From: Fimbriosthenelais zetlandica
Taxonomy: Eukaryota
Assembly (NCBI GenBank): GCA_977030845.1
Contig: OZ365111.1
Location: 25,544,001 to 25,608,000 of the forward strand
Direction: 5' to 3'
Length of the DNA stretch: 64,000 nucleotides
Position numbers and translations under genes: made by a program. The notes below the pieces were generated by a model. The model ran no database searches. It worked only from the letters and a program-made list of their open reading frames with translations, and had not been told where the DNA came from. Shown here in pieces: positions 22,919-38,383 of this stretch; within the stretch, counting starts at the first letter, position 1; every line of letters begins with the position of its first letter.

Positions 22919-25900
22919 ACCTTAGATTAACGAGTGAATGAGTTGGCATTGGGTGGGCTGTGAGCAGGTATATGCCCGCGGGCAGGTTCTAGCTGCAGTG
23001 ATTGTACTTTAGCCTGCCAGGAGTACGATCCTCTCTCCCTGATCAGCTCTATTCCCCCATGGTATCATCCCTTCTCCCATGGGGAAGGGGGAGAGAGGTG
23101 GGGGAAACAGAGTGTGAGGGGTGATGGACCAACAGGGCATTCACCTGGCGGTTTTTTTTGTTTTTTTATCATTTATTTAAGATATTTATACAGCGAACTG
23201 AAGGTTTGTGGGCTCACGGGGCAAAATTTAATGTGGCTATTCCATGGTATTCTGCATAGTGCTTCTTTTCCTGGGTGCAGACTAAGAGGGAGGTGCTTTG
23301 AATGGGTTCTCCCAGACAAATCTTGGCAGGTTTGACTGTTAGGATGTGAATTTACGTCTCCAGGCCTCCATTTCCTTTGGTTGGGGTTGTAATAGAAACT
23401 AGAATCTCTCTCTCTCTCTTTCTAATCTCTCTCCCTATCCCTTCCCCCACCCTCTTTCTCTTTCTCTCCCTTTCTCTTTCTCTCCCCTCTCTTTATCTGT
23501 CTTTCTTCTGTCTATCTCTCTGTCTTTGACTCAATGTCAGCATCCCAAACCGTCCCCTGGCCCCACCACCATCCCACCTCACCGCAACCACTGTCAACCC
23601 CACCCCCCACAACTGACCCCCCCCCCTCATACTGACCACCCCCCACCCCCATATTGACCATTACTCAGCGCGCGTCTGTCAGCCCCAGGTGAGAATGTGG
23701 TGTGGTCATTAGTCGCTAGCGCCGCCTGTCTCTCATTACCCTCACTACCCAGGCGTGACGAGGCAGAAAGTGAGCCGAGTAGCATCATTAATACCTAGCC
23801 TTCACTGACCACTGGTCACGCTTCACTGACCACTGGCTAGTTATGAGGAACCCATGCATTCACCTCTCACCACATAATGCTACCTACCAACCTCCTATAC
23901 CTCCATGCCACCCACGTCGCTAAAACCGAGCAAAAGAGATCGAATTAACCATTTTGACTGAAAGATCTGTTTTTCAACGAAAACATATTATAATATCATA
24001 CATATTATATATGATTTAAGGAAATCTAAGGTGTTGATTTAATATAGATATGTTCATTTGAATGGTACACCGTTTGGACAGCCTGAAAACCCCCAGTAGG
24101 CTCTAACTATAGGTTGTAGATGAACTGGCTTGAAATATTTCATTATTCCCATAGAGAAAAGTTAATTTTCCAATAAGGGTATTTATTAATCCGTTATGAT
24201 ATTAGTCAGTGAAATCATTCGAGAATGAAATTCAGCTTACATGTAATTATGTTTGCATAAAGGTATGTCTATTGAGCTTGACGCTAACATAGCCTGGATA
24301 AACCCGCCAATTATATTAGTCCATCACCTGAGAGCCAAAAAGAGCCTTATTTTTCGATTTGGTTCACCCCCCCGGTTTAGCTGGGTTTCTTCATACCAAA
24401 ATGTAGCAAAATATCTCTAGTTTTCATTTTTGCTATTTTCATCGACCCCAGTCTGCCGAAAGTGGCTTGTTTCCATGGAAACATGATATTACTTTGTTTT
24501 TTTAGATGGTTTCCAAAAAATGTACATATTTTGTCGCCATGGTTTTAATAATGGTCAGATCTTGACAAGTCATGGCTCGAATGAAAGAGCATTTTGGGTG
24601 CTTTCCGAAAAGCACACAATTTGTGCATTTGGAATACTACTAGGGGCGTAAGCCGAGCGAGAGTAGTATAGTAGTATAGGGAAAGGGCGAAGGTTCTCAG
24701 GCAAATACATATTGAAGTACCACATAATATTTACTCAGTTTAGCACTGCATATATAAGAACTTATATATATATATTTCTTAAAATATAGGACAGAAAATT
24801 TCAAATGAAAATCTAGAGAATTTTAATAAGCGATACGGTACTTAAAACTAGTACTGAAACATGATTAATATGCCTGAAAAGGAGATTATGGAGGGAATTA
24901 TGGAGGGATGTTTTAGGTTTCTGTTTGTCTGAAGTAACTGATTTATCTTCACTTTTTCTAGTTAGTTTTCTGATAACTCGTTGTATTATTATATATTAAG
25001 TAAAATATGATATTAGAGTGTGATTTTTCAAGTTGTTAAATGATGTGAGAGAAGTTGGTGGAAATCCTGGTGCATTTAGTCTTACGCCTCTCACAATCAA
25101 CTTAAAGCTCACTTCTACCCTAGAGACAATATGTCTGCTTCCACCAGTGAAAATTCCACCTTTTAATCTTTCTCCTACCCTCCGTAATTAACTCTAGCTT
25201 CATCAAACTTAGGAGCTTTGTCGGGACTATCTTTATTCAACGTGTTGCTGGCCACTGCAGCGCCCCTCTGGATAGTACCTCCTCCTACTTCCGCCGCTTC
25301 ACCCCCTTTTTCAGATGGATCCCTCCGCGGGGAACGCCGCGTATCAGTCACGAATTAAAGCTCCCCGCCTTATCGCTCTCATTGCCAACTAATTTGGTCC
25401 CGCCAGCCCCCGCGGCTCAGCGTCCCTGGGCCTGATAGCCAATAGGCACGTAGCACTGGAGCAGTGATAACGACGCATCACAACAGAGGCAGTAGCGTAT
25501 CAATGCGCCGGAGGAAAAGAATCCGGGCTTGATGTGGTGTGTTGGGGCGCGGATGAGGCCGGTGGAGGGTTTAGATCAGTGATTAGAGGGCAGGCCGTAT
25601 TGAGGGACGGCTGGGAGGATATTAGGTCGGCATTAGAGGGCTGAGATAAGGGCAGGATGGCGCAGGTCAGGGCTGGAAGAGAACAAGATGTTACTGTGAC
25701 AAAGACCCAGGCTGATGTCTTCATCAGAGGGGATACACATCTATCACAAACTGCATCACGACTGAGACTAGATGCTGGTCAATGACTGGCCACTGTATAC
25801 CACAGTATATACCCATATAATACAACCTCATGACCATTATACTACCACCAAATAATTGGTAGAAAACAAGAATTTTATCTAACTAAAATTTCATCTAACT

Positions 25901-28900
25901 GAACCAAGTAGCTGAAATTTACTGAGAGGACATTCTCCAGATGTTTTTGAAACCAGACCTTTGTCATTAAATTATTAGATATTATTAATTGGGATCACTT
26001 TTCTAAATCAGTGGAATAATTTGTAGTGATACTTTGATGAGCTACACTTTAATTTAGTCCCAACCAATCATTGTCTTCAGGCGCAGATTGAAATTAAACT
26101 CCATCCAGCTTAATTGATAGTAACTTGAAGCCTAGTGAGTTCTTTAAAAACGTTTGAATCAAGGAATCTTGAATCTTGATGAGCATTCTAGAACCCATTT
26201 AAAGAAGTTGTGCAACTCTATCGCGCATTGACTAAAGTAGAAGTTCTTGGTTATGCGGTGCAGGTCTTCAGGAGCAAAGAATTTCACCCTCCAATCAAGA
26301 TAGATATATCACAATAAATGTGCAGTGAAACTTTTTCTGAAACAAGCCACAATAGAGCACAATCTGTTAAATGATAATACATGTATTGCGAAATCAATTT
26401 TTATTCTATATGCATGTCCAAAAAGACGTGACAAACATCCATGAAATTAATCGAAAGACGAAATAATCATTTGGCCTCATGTATTAACATCATGAGAATC
26501 ATCTGTATCTATGAATGTCTGGAGTTTAAATCAAGCCTTACAAATGACCCACCACCCACCGTATTCACCCCCATTGACCAGATATCTGGATGACAGATCC
26601 TTTGAGGGGGTAATATGTCAAATGTAATGTCCACTAGCGGTCATCGGGGGTCAGAAGTATGAGTGACAGGGGGTGTCCCTCTTGTGTCATTTGTATTGGA
26701 GTGGACATCCCATATGGACACGGGTCAGTGCTATAAATCCTAGTGACAGGGGTTAAACACTGGGCCAGCCCACCCACATCTCAAAACACAGTTCCTCCCA
26801 TTGCCCAACATTAATACAGCCATTGTACAACAATCCTTTAGGTGCTCTTATGGTTCAAATATGACATGTATAATGTTCTTACCCCTCTGAGAAAAATTGT
26901 CTCTGAAATTTTCAGAGTTGTCTCAGACCTTGGTCACAGTTTTGTCTGAAAAAAAAATAGAAAAATATGCATCAAAAATTCTAATAGTTCATTTCTGCCT
27001 TAAATGTTATTCCTACTGAAAAAAATTCCCCATAAATTCCTTCGAGCCATTTCATATCCATAATATATAGACAAGATCTATAGGTAAAATCTTTGGTACG
27101 CAGAGGTTCGATAGACAGCCTTGACCTCCAGAATGGCCATGTACAGGAGCGACATCTGTTAGTGGTCATTGCTCCATCAGTCCATCCCATAATACTAACC
27201 GAGAGAGCCCACGTGACCCTGTGGCCCCCGTGGGACCATCAGTGTGAACCCCAAAGTCAATGTTGACGCTAGCATGGCGCTTATTCTTAAAGATTATAGC
27301 CGTGACTGGGGGAGCCCTCTAGCGGGAAGGCCCTCAGTTAATCTAGGCTTCATTACGCCTATAATAAAATATCACTCTCTTACTGCATCTAATGAACAGT
27401 CACATTTATTTGACTCTCTGATGCAGGCCTGTTTCCCCCGGGCACAATCTGCATGGACAGCTCCAGCACGATGGGGCGAGAGACACTTGACTATTATTCT
27501 GCTGAGAGTCAGATTTCATTTGTTCATGAAGGACTTGCGAGGAAAACATGACATTGGGTGTGTCTGCTCGCCAGATTTGTCGATCCCGAAACACATCGCG
27601 AAAATGTTTTTGAGATTTGATTTGCCATCACCAAATAGGATCTTGCAATTAGCCACCGCAAAATCTCCAAATTATTCTATATTGGCGATCTGATTCGCCA
27701 ACGCTAAATATGATTTGGCCTTATTTTGGCGAGCAAAAAGCTTGAGGTACATCGTTTATAAGTTATACAGATTTTTAACTGATTGGAGTATTTTATAAAT
27801 CCTAAGCCACATGTCTTGGAATATCCCTGAAAAATGTCTACAGTTTACCTAAAAATATTTTCCCAACAAATAATTGCCTACATTTCACACATGAGTGTTA
27901 ACCTATGGATGCTAAAGCCCCTTCTAGGCCTGAGATATGACCGTGAAGAACCAAAATGTAGAAATTAAGAGATGTGATGGATGAGGTGATGAAAAGGATG
28001 GGATAGGTGGGGGAGGTGTACTCGTGGTTTTATCCCACGGTTAGGTGGGTAGAAATATGGGGTGTTGGAAATGATACCTAGCAGGGCAGAGATGTATGAA
28101 CAAAGGTGTAGACACTATACTTTAACTGGACTTCAGACATCTATAATTAGTGAAAAATTAGTTTTCTCTTATTTTTATTAGACACGGAGACTTTAGAAGA
28201 TCATTTTAAATTGGTAAATTTTCTGGAAATTAATGTCTATGGAATATTTTATCATTTCCAATGAAAGTTGCTGGAATCCTGTAACTAATGACAATTCTTA
28301 ATGCTTTTAAATTCTTCTTGTATAGTTATGAGAAAAACTTATTTATTTTAGTCATTAGTACCTTATGTATACAAATTATAGGCCTACAGAAGATATACTT
28401 TGAAGTCGATTCAACCATGGAATGAGCTTGTGACTTGTGGGGAAAATACTAAAAGATGCATGAATGAAGGTGTTGGGATTTATATAATCCGTTCTTTCAT
28501 TATTGAGAAGCACTTTTCATTTAAATGCAATAAATGTCCCATAAAACTGACAAGATTTATATTGCTGGGGATTCAATAGTCACCCTTGATCAAATATTAA
28601 CACCATTCAATCTTTGAAAACTATGCTGTACGTATTCAGTAGGCCTAGCAAACTTAATTTTCAAACTGATCGCCCCTTCCGAAAAATTCAAAATTTCTAA
28701 ATTCGAAATTGTATATGGACTACGAGCGACCCAATTCATGAAATATAGATCCCTATGCATTTTTTGTCTTTATTTCTTTTAGCATATTATATCATAATTC
28801 TAGTTTCTTTATTATAGGCCTAGTTGGCAAGACAATTAAAATTAGCATATTGTTGCTGTTCGAAAATTTTTTATGCTAATCAAATAGACTGACTGATCAT

Positions 28901-30829
28901 TGCATATAATCACAGTATCTGATCCCATTCCCACTCCGAATCTATAGACTTTTAATTCTTTTCAGCTTATATAAAAGAACACGTGTTGAAAGCCCACCTT
29001 CCACCATTTACCCCCATTCTCCTGGAGTGACTGACCGACCCGCCCCCTCTTTTTTCCGCCCAGATTGCCCATGGTTTAGCCTGAGCACTTCTTCACAGAT
29101 TGAATATTGATAATTGATGACCTACCTGTGCGGGATAGTACATGTTAGCCATGTGTAGGCCTCGGGCTGGTCAATAGGGAACTAAATACATGACTAGTTT
29201 GCATGTGAGTGGGCCTAATCAGGTCCATACCCCCCGTGGACCAGCTACCTTGATGTAGCATTAATTATTGATACCTCAATATACACTCCTCTCCTCCTCT
29301 CCTCCCCCATCATGCTCATTTAAAGCTCGTGTACCACCACAAAAAAATGGATAAAAAGTAAACAGAAGAAGGAGTAATGCACTTACCCTAATTACTCAAC
29401 CAAGGTGGTCTTTCAAAGTTTGAAAAGTAGACTTTAGGGGATTGAGAATCTTAATAAAATAAATCTAGGCTAGCTGTCAACAAAGTAGGAATGAATATTT
29501 AGGCTAGTATTTTATAACTTTTTGTAAACAGAAGAGTCTGGATAGTGGTCAGCTTGCAGTAACTCTTATCAGACAAACCCTTTGAAAATTAATAAAATAA
29601 CTAATGCATGGAAGTGTATGGGAATCAACTGTACCAAAAAAAATCCCATGCTTTTATGTCTCTTTTTTTACTGAACAAATGGGTATAGGCCTAAATGATG
29701 ACGCAAAATGAAAGCATCCTATCACAGGAAATCTTTAACATAATAAAAAGTTTTAAAAGTTATGAAGTAGCCTGTAGATAAAGTTTACCCGTACTTTAGA
29801 GTGCGGGGTAAGTTTTAAGTTCATTAAAGCATGTAGAGATGGGTTAGGTTTAATGGTGCAGTAGCGAGAGGTTCCCTTCATAACGACCCGCCCAATCCCC
29901 AACACCATATCCCAGGATGCACCTTAAACCCAGTCTCGCGGCCCACGTGAAGACACGAGAGTATCGTGGTCACATGATAGCGGGAGCGAGATCACGCGAG
30001 AAGCGCGCTAGTCGACGTCCATAAAACAGTGGTTGGCATAGAGGGGAAGAAAATAAGGGGGCAAGGTGGGATAATTAACGTCCAAATAAGGCACGCCTGC
30101 ACGAGGCTAGAACAAAAGCAAAAGATGCGGCTATTGTTTATTTAAGAGGCGGCTTGAATGAGACGCGGCGGTGGTTTTGGTAGAAGCACACCTGTCTCTG
30201 ATTTCGGGAGGTACCGAATTGAGCAATGTTTAACACATTGGGCAGCAGGGATGTGCATGCTTTTCAGGTCATAGCCGCCCTTGTTTCGGGGCTTTAAAAA
30301 CATACCCGACCTAATTCAAATCTTTGGTTTTTGGTTAATTGAATTATGAAAGACACCGGCAAAAAATCCATTCCCAAAAATTATTTCAGCTCCTCAACTA
30401 TATTCCTTTGGAACTTTAAAATGTTTTGGAGGATAGTTTGGCAAATAATATAGAAAAATTCTTTATGAACAATTGCCCATCTGAAAATTAATCTTGCTAA
30501 AAATAATTTTGTCTCCCTCCACACAATCGTTTTCCTTAATTTCGATCACCCAGAGACTCTATCTCCTCTCCACTATCTCTCGACAGATCTCTACCCCCCC
30601 CCCCCCCTCCTCCATCCCCTCCCCAGCCAGACTGGGGTATTATGAGGGGTTGACTAGGGGAGGAGACCTGACAATAGAGGTAATCCACGACATCAGACAC
30701 GTGCCATGAAATCACATTGATTCTCTATGATCAAATTAACACCATCTGTTCCTGCCTCACCCTCACCCCCAACCCAACAGTAGACCTCAGACCCAGCCTC
30801 ACCCAACCCAGCCTCCCTCAGATCCAGCG

Positions 30830-31140
30830 CTTAATCTCTCTCTATCTCTCTCTGTCTCTCGCTCTCTTCCTCTGTGTCTCTCCCTCTGTCTTTCTCACTC
30901 CCTCTCCCTGTCTCCTCTATCTCTCTCTCCTCCCCCCCCCCTCTCTCTCGCTCTCTCTCCTCTTACACTCTATCTCCCTGAGTCCCTACTTCAATCCCTA
31001 TAACTCTCTCTCCCTTTCTCTCTCATCCCTCGTTCTTCTCTGTCCCTCTCTGCCCATCTTTCTTTCTCTTTCGACTCTACTCTCTCTGCACCTCTATCCT
31101 CTTACGTCTCCCTGAGTAACTTCCTCCCTCCTTCACTCCC
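30830..31140. repeat. CT-rich low-complexity tract
   Basis: Direct inspection. Confidence 0.85.
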
Positions 31141-34029
31141 TCTGACTTACCCCAATCATCGTCCTATCTATTCAAAATGTGTAACTCGTCAGGTCATTCA
31201 GTTCATTGTTCAATGGCGTTGATAATGCTATTGCAACAATGACTTCCATTTTTTAAAATGGCTATGCATTTAACTCCCCCATTCCCATTATATTTTATCC
31301 ATAACTTTCGTTTTGACCTATAACCAGTGAAAAAGAGGGAGCTCTGAGCATACCAGCGAGAGTTGAGAAGATATGACTATGACCTGTGCCATCCTATAAA
31401 GAATGCCCTCCCACCATATCTGTCATCCAAACATTCCATATAGAAACCTTCTTTAAAGCCAATACACTCGGCCTTCCATCTCCATCTACCTCCCGTCCCC
31501 TCCCCAGCTTTACAGACACAGTATGCCTTTATAGCCTGCCTTCCTTCATTCCCGGACCCAAGCACGTCCTAAAACAAATATTAAACACTGCAAGCCCAAT
31601 CCTTATGGACGCTCTGGGCGACCAGACGACATTCTCTCCGTCTGCCTCCTTCCCGCCCCAACGCCTCCGCAATCCCAGGAGCCTCTACTGCTCAGTCGTT
31701 AGACGCCATTGGTTGAGGGCCTGCATCCGGTTGCGTCCCGAAGGCTCAAGCAGCACCTCCCCAAGAGGAAAGAGTCCAAATCCTTATTTTGTCGCGAGGC
31801 CTTCGACCGCGGCGTAATATTCCTTTTGGGTAATGGCTGCCTTTTCAAAAGTCTCAGTTCGCGGTCGGTCCGGCTTCCCCTCAAGTCAAAGGCGGGATAA
31901 AGAGGGCTCAGCTTTAGGAACGTAAGGATTGGATTCAAGATGGAGGGAGGTGGTCATGCGCATGCTTTTAGGTCGCTGAGCCAGACACAGCGGAGCAGAG
32001 GGATTGCCGAGTGGTCTTTCATCTGTAGAGGCCAAGTTCTAGATGGATCAGGCCCAAGCCTCTTTAGGGACGTTCCCAAAGTAAGAAGGCAGAAGGAAGG
32101 GTGGGAGATTCGGTCATGCTTTGGGCACCTCCTTCCCTACAGGCGCATTCTCCAAGCCTAGATGTGGGCTTTAAGGGGCATATAAGCTATTCATAAGGTG
32201 CCATTTTCACAGCATTTCAGGCATTGCCATTTTCAGACTATTTCCATCAGACATTGCTATTCTCACAGTGTTTCCGCGCGATTATAAAATTACATTAAGA
32301 TTTCCAAATGATGTCCATTTGTTCCGAAGATTTAAGTAAAAGATGCATTTTCTCAGTAAGCTAAATATCAGGGCCTGTCTCATAATTTGGCTAATAATGT
32401 GGGTAGCGTTTCTTTGAAATAACCTCAGTTTCCATCGTGTTTAAATACAGTTCCTCCCAATGAATGTATCACAGTAAGTACATTGCCCCTATCCTCTCTC
32501 CAACAGTTCACACAAATATATTCAATAAATTTCATTTCCCCTTTTCACCGAATCTAATTTCCTCGTTAACGTTTACTCGTGAAGTGAGTAAACTCGGGGA
32601 GTATTGAGAGTGACTCCTTGTCCTGCTCTTTCCTTTAACTCACTGTTTACTCTCCACAAAGTCCTCCGCTACTAATAATCGTCATCAACCTATCTGGGGT
32701 AGGTTTCATAAAAAAAAATGCGCAGTAAATATTTGTCCCCCAAGTATGTATCAAGAGTGGGTTGGGGGTGCGGGCGGCTTACATTTTTGGAATATTTTCT
32801 TCCGCTCACAATATAGTATTTTGGGGGACCATAAGTCTGGAGGCCCCCCCCCCCCCCCCCCCATACACACACTCACCTCCCCTCACCCTAATTCACATAT
32901 CTTGACCCCACCCCTACCCCAGTCCAAAATCCCCGATCCAATACTAACTCTTACCCTTTTGGACATGTTTTCTCCCGCTTAAAATATATACAGATTTTGG
33001 GTGACCATATATCTGGAGCCACCCCCCACCCCCAAACAAAAAATCCAAAAAAAATCCGGGATTAATTCCGGGATCCAATACTAAATCCATGGCATGAAGC
33101 AATTTTTATGAAATGACCCCCGAGCCTGTAAACAATGCCAATAGGGGCCGCACCCCCTGCCCGAGACCCATTGTAGATTTCAGCAATGAGCGAAGTGAAC
33201 AAGAATAATTAAATTATTGACCCCCGTGTTCATATCAATAACCGCGGGGAATAGCTAAAATGGTCATGGACACTGTTGGGTGATTCATGGTGCAAGGCCA
33301 ACTGACAGGCAAATTGCCAGGCCTGCTCAGACAGATGGACGGCGTTACCGTGGTTGCGGTAGACTGGGGACTGGTTACCTGCTAATTTGGACTGAAGGAT
33401 GTCTATCTTAGTGTATTGGATTTAATTTAGTATTTTAGACGAGGTTATAAGAGCTAATTTTTCTCCAGGGTTAAGTGCTAATTGTGACCCTACACGAAGT
33501 GCAGTAAATCATTTGTGACTGGCATTTTTATCGTTCTCTTAACCTCTCCTACTCTTGTTGAGTCAAAGACTTTCACCGGACGGTTCTCATTGATTGAAGC
33601 TACAGGCTCAAAAAGTAAAATTCTTTGGCCACAAGGCCCTTTTAACATGACTAGCCAACACCACCGCCGAGCACCCTCTGAAATCCGGGATCCATGTCTA
33701 AAGATAATAATATTTCCAACAAAATTAAGATTAAGAATTTTTTAATGGGAAACAGACCTGTTTCTCCATTGCATCAAAGCACTGATATCATGTGATATTT
33801 TCATGTTTGGACCTGTTTTGATAGGGTGGAAAATCAAAGGATAGGAAGGGGAGATGTGCATGTTACTGTAATTGCATCAAAACACAGATACAAAGGTGTA
33901 GATATTCTCTTGTTGGGGTCCATTTTGATTGGGGTATAAGGCGACAATATTGTAATGGGAGATGTGTTCCCCCCTTGCATTAAACGGTCCAGGCCTGCAC
34001 GTGCCCAGCCCCACCCCCACACACAACCT

Positions 34030-34245
34030 CAATCCTGGAGCACACTAATCCGATTCTCTATCCAGCTCCATCCAATAGTTGTCCGAAACTATATTTCTGC
34101 TCACACCCAATGCTTGTAATTCTAGCAGTCCTTTACACCTAGCTAAGGATAACGACTGACAAAATTTCAATCATTAGCTATCATTAGAAATGATTGTTCG
34201 GATGGCGATGGATTAGAGAATCGGATTAGTGTGCTCGAGGCTTAA
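34030..34245. mobile_element. MITE family A, complete copy
   Basis: TIRs cctggagcacactaatccgattctctatcc / ggattagagaatcggattagtgtgctcgagg; ends ggcttaa. Confidence 0.85.
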
Positions 34246-34436
34246 AGCGGGACACCTTACACCCTCAGACACCGATTAACACTTTTGTGGGGGGAATTAT
34301 TTCCCATGGCACGTGATGTGAATGGAGACAGGAAGTGATGTCAGCGGGGGGCTGATGGGTAGCAATCTGTCGGCGGCCATTTTGTGGGACGTTTTGTCAT
34401 GGTGCGTAACATGCCTGTACACAGTGTGAAGGCTCG

Positions 34437-34500
34437 GATTACGCTTAAGTTACGCGTAGATTACGCTTAGGTTACGCGTAGATTACGCTTAGGTTACGCT
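34437..34500. repeat. 22-bp tandem repeat x3
   Basis: gattacgcttaggttacgcgta. Confidence 0.88.
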
Positions 34501-36079
34501 CAAGTTGCAGCCACGTTTTAATCAGTAGACAGTGTTCCTCCCCTAAAGCGACCACTTTTGGGACAGACCAAACATGGTCTATAAGGAGGTGGTCGCTATT
34601 AGGAAGTTGCCGATACATTTTAATCTTATATAAGAAAACAGCAAAATGGCCTCAATTTTTGGCCAAAATTTGACAAGATCTCATTCGCATAAGAGGACAA
34701 AATAATCAATGGCTCCGGGTACATTTTAAGATTTACGGGAAAAGATGGGGGTTCATACCAGGGCGGACCCTCTTAACAACAACAACCCCCCTTCACTCTT
34801 TCTACATTCCAGGAACAGCCCGGCAACTATACACTGTCCATCTGTGAATGTAGGAGGTTAAGATTCAGACCTCAGTCTCTCCGCTATCTCCATCATCATT
34901 CTGCCCCACTCCCTCCCAATTTCCTCCCACCATAGCCAGACCAGGCCTTCCACCTAGCCCTCCAATGATGTTAAGTCTCACTTAGTAACGGGCGGCGGAA
35001 GGGCGGGTGCATTAAGACAATGTTAAGGGGCAGGCAGGGCGAGTTAGGAGAAGGCGGTGGAGACAAACAAGTATAATCTCGTTAAGCGGCCTCGGATGAC
35101 GAAAGGCAGATGGTGGTGCACCAGCTTTACGTCCCTCCTACTAACACAGGCTCAGCTCGGCTGGAATCTCTGCTCCAAGGTGTATGAGTGGTTGCGTGAA
35201 TATAGGGTGTGTGCTTCTAGAAAGTTCTGGACCGTTAAAACAGTTTTCCATTTCTGAAAACAAGTCAGACTCATGGGAAAATGTCCTTGTATACCTGGGA
35301 AAATTGGCACCCTAACATAAGAAAGATGAGAAAAGTTTGCCTGTAAATATGCCCCAATTTGATATACTACTAACAGGTATATTAGGGAACCATTATACAG
35401 TTACCCGATTGCCTATACTACTACCTGTAGTTAAATCTGTGACTCCATTGCTGCGATCTTGCTGACCATTGCCTTCTGGTCTTGTAGACAAGCTTCACTT
35501 GCAAGAATCACTGCAAGAATCACAAGGCAATGATCCTTGGAAGGTACCCAATAAATGTACCAAGTTATTTGAGATATCGACTAGATTAAAATGGCTTGCA
35601 ATTCTTGAATCCTCCAATGTCTTCCCACACCTGAGGGGGCTGGGTTTACAGCTGAATGTCTCCACCATCTGACACTAGTGACTGTCTCCATGTAATCAGT
35701 ACTGAATGGTATTCATGGTTGTGAACCAAGTCATGAAATCAGCCAGTTATCCCTGCTGTCCACAGTTGATGAGGCTGAATTAGATTTATATACATCTTGC
35801 CCTAGCCTTACCACCCCTAGCTTCAACGGCTGGGGCCATGGTCCAAGTAGTATACAGAACGGAATACAGAGGTCCCGGCCCCAAGAATTTTTCAAATTTT
35901 GAACGGTTCCTCTCCCCCAAAAGCGTTGCTAACTTTTAAACCCAGCCATATGTCCAGCCATGTCCCATGTCTTCCCCATGTCTCTCTGCATGTGGTGTCA
36001 GCCATGTCTCCCACTGTCGATTGCCTGATCCAGGATATATTTTCAAATTTGCCTAACATGCCGCAACCTGAACAATAAT

Positions 36080-36245
36080 ACTACATGTAGTATCTTTTGT
36101 CAAAAAAATTGACAAAAAAATACTACATGTAGGCCTAGTATTTTTGGTCAAGTACTACTACACATGTATTCAAGTACATGTATTACTATATATGTAGTAT
36201 TTCGGGTCACAAAGGGTACTACTACATAATAGTACTTTTTTTACC
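36080..36245. repeat. Degenerate tandem array of tactacatgtagta palindromic units
   Basis: tactacatgtagtat, tactacatgtaggcctagtat, tactatatatgtagtat, tactacataatagtac. Confidence 0.6.
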
Positions 36246-38187
36246 AGACTATGTATAGGATCCTCAATGTTATTCTTCCCCACTCTTGTAATGAGGAGCT
36301 ATAGGTCTGGAGGGGATGAGCACCTGGAGGAGAGAACTTGGCTCTCACGTGTCAGCTCTAATCAACAAGATCAAACCGGTTTGTACCGGATCTCTCCCGC
36401 CCGGAAGCACAAATACCGCACAAATCAACTCAATTCCATGCTCATTGGTGGAAAATTGAAAGCTGATAGGATAGTTTATTGGTGGGAGGCGCGAGTGACA
36501 AGAGGGAATAAGTAACGACCTCCAGAGCACTCTATACTCTCATGTCTTCTTATACTGAATAGATGGTCTTTATAGGGAATGGTTCGGTCTGAATGATAGA
36601 GATGATGTACCCGGAGTCTGTATTAGAATCAAAATATTGGATGTTAACGACTGCTGCCTTCTGGTTCAAACTTCCCATCATCTCAGACGTCATTGGCTGT
36701 GATAAATAATTTTCTTATCACTCATTGTAACTCCTTCTATAACAGTACACTACTTGACATACCAGAGCGTTTTCATGGTCGTGCTCATGCCAGAGGCGAC
36801 TTATCTACTCTAAGTATCTGTCTTGGTCTGTCTCTTTGTACAACCAGAAGATGAGAGAGACTGACAGAGACAGAGACAGAGACAGAGAGTGAGATAGAGT
36901 GCCTAAATCATGGAAACGCATATAGCTTCTGCGACTCGATTACAAAATTAAAATCGTTACACTCTATATATCACTTTTTTGAATCGACAAAATTTGATTC
37001 AAAATTGGGTGGAAACAAGTTTTGTTTTACAAGTATACTTCAGGTGAAAACAAACTATATTTACAACCCTAGGCTATTGAAATTCTGATCTGATAGTAAT
37101 TTCTAATAGACCTTCAATCAATGTTAAATTACCATTATTCCACATTAGTGAAGTACTCTTTAAATGAAAACTAATTTCGAGTGAAATCTAAATGTTTGCT
37201 CTGCTTCTGGCTTCTGTCTCCAAACAGTCTTTAACCAAATTTGCCCTGGGCGAGCATCCCGGTGACGGATGGTTCCGGCAATGGTCGCCAGGTGTCAAGC
37301 CTAAGGTGACTAAGGACGCTCTGGGGGTCAAGTAGCTCCGAGCAACTAACGAAGCTAAAAATATCCCGGCCGTAATAAACATCGCGCAAAAACAGCTTTA
37401 ATTCATGACATATTCATGACGGGAATTAAGGCGTATAAGATGCTGTCACTTATCATTGATCCGTCCATGCACCTCTAATAAACAAGTGTAAAAACACCCG
37501 GGAGGAGGCGTTAAAAGTTGGAATACGGCACTGGTAAAAAGCACCACCGAGTTACGTCTGTGAATTTGAGCGGCACGCGTCAGCTAAAGCTGCGGAGATT
37601 TGTGAAGTTCCAAGTGTCTCCGCCAGCCGCGCTTCAGTCATTTCCCGGGCTTTCACGATGACAGTGTAAATTGGCCTTTAGTGATTGAGCGCAGCTAGTG
37701 GACAATAACAAGGATTGCCTCCCATCTCGCCCGCTCTCCCCCGGTAATGCTGGGTCATTGGCAATCATCAGCTTGCAGCCTGAGCAGTCGTTTTTGCCGG
37801 CGAATCGCTGTGGTTATGATCGTGCGCTTTGTTTCAGGCTAATGTGGTTAATTATTATGAGTGTGAGCGGAGGGATTTGGCTCCCGATCGCTACAATAAA
37901 TAACCTTGTCAGGAAGCTGCGGGCTCCCCGGTGATTGCTCGGGGTGGATTAGTAGGAGGCCAAGTAAATGTTTGCCTGTGTTTTAACTTGGATCCAGGGA
38001 TGAATTAGTGTTCTGGCCATTGGAAGTAATCTATGTGCTTTGTCAGCCTCCTTAACTATCCACGGGCGATAAGATGCAATCTTTCTAAACAAGACTCGCC
38101 TGGCCGGAGAATAATGAATTAGTGCAACCTTAAAGGGAGGCCACACTGGAGGCAACTCACTGCAAAACCGAAACGCATGCACACTAT

Positions 38188-38383
38188 AAGCACACTAATC
38201 CGATTCTCTATCCAGCTCCATCTGATAGCTGTCCGAAACTATATTTCTTTTCACACCAAATGCTTGTAATTTTAATAGTCCCTTACACCTAGGTAAGGCC
38301 AACTACTGACATTGGATGCCATTAGAAATGGGGGTTCGGATGGCGACGGATTGGAGAATCGGATTAGTGTGTCCCAGGTTTTA
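38188..38383. mobile_element. MITE family A, copy 3
   Basis: cacactaatccgattctctatcc ... ggattggagaatcggattagtgtg TIRs; internal sequence shared with the 34030 copy. Confidence 0.85.
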
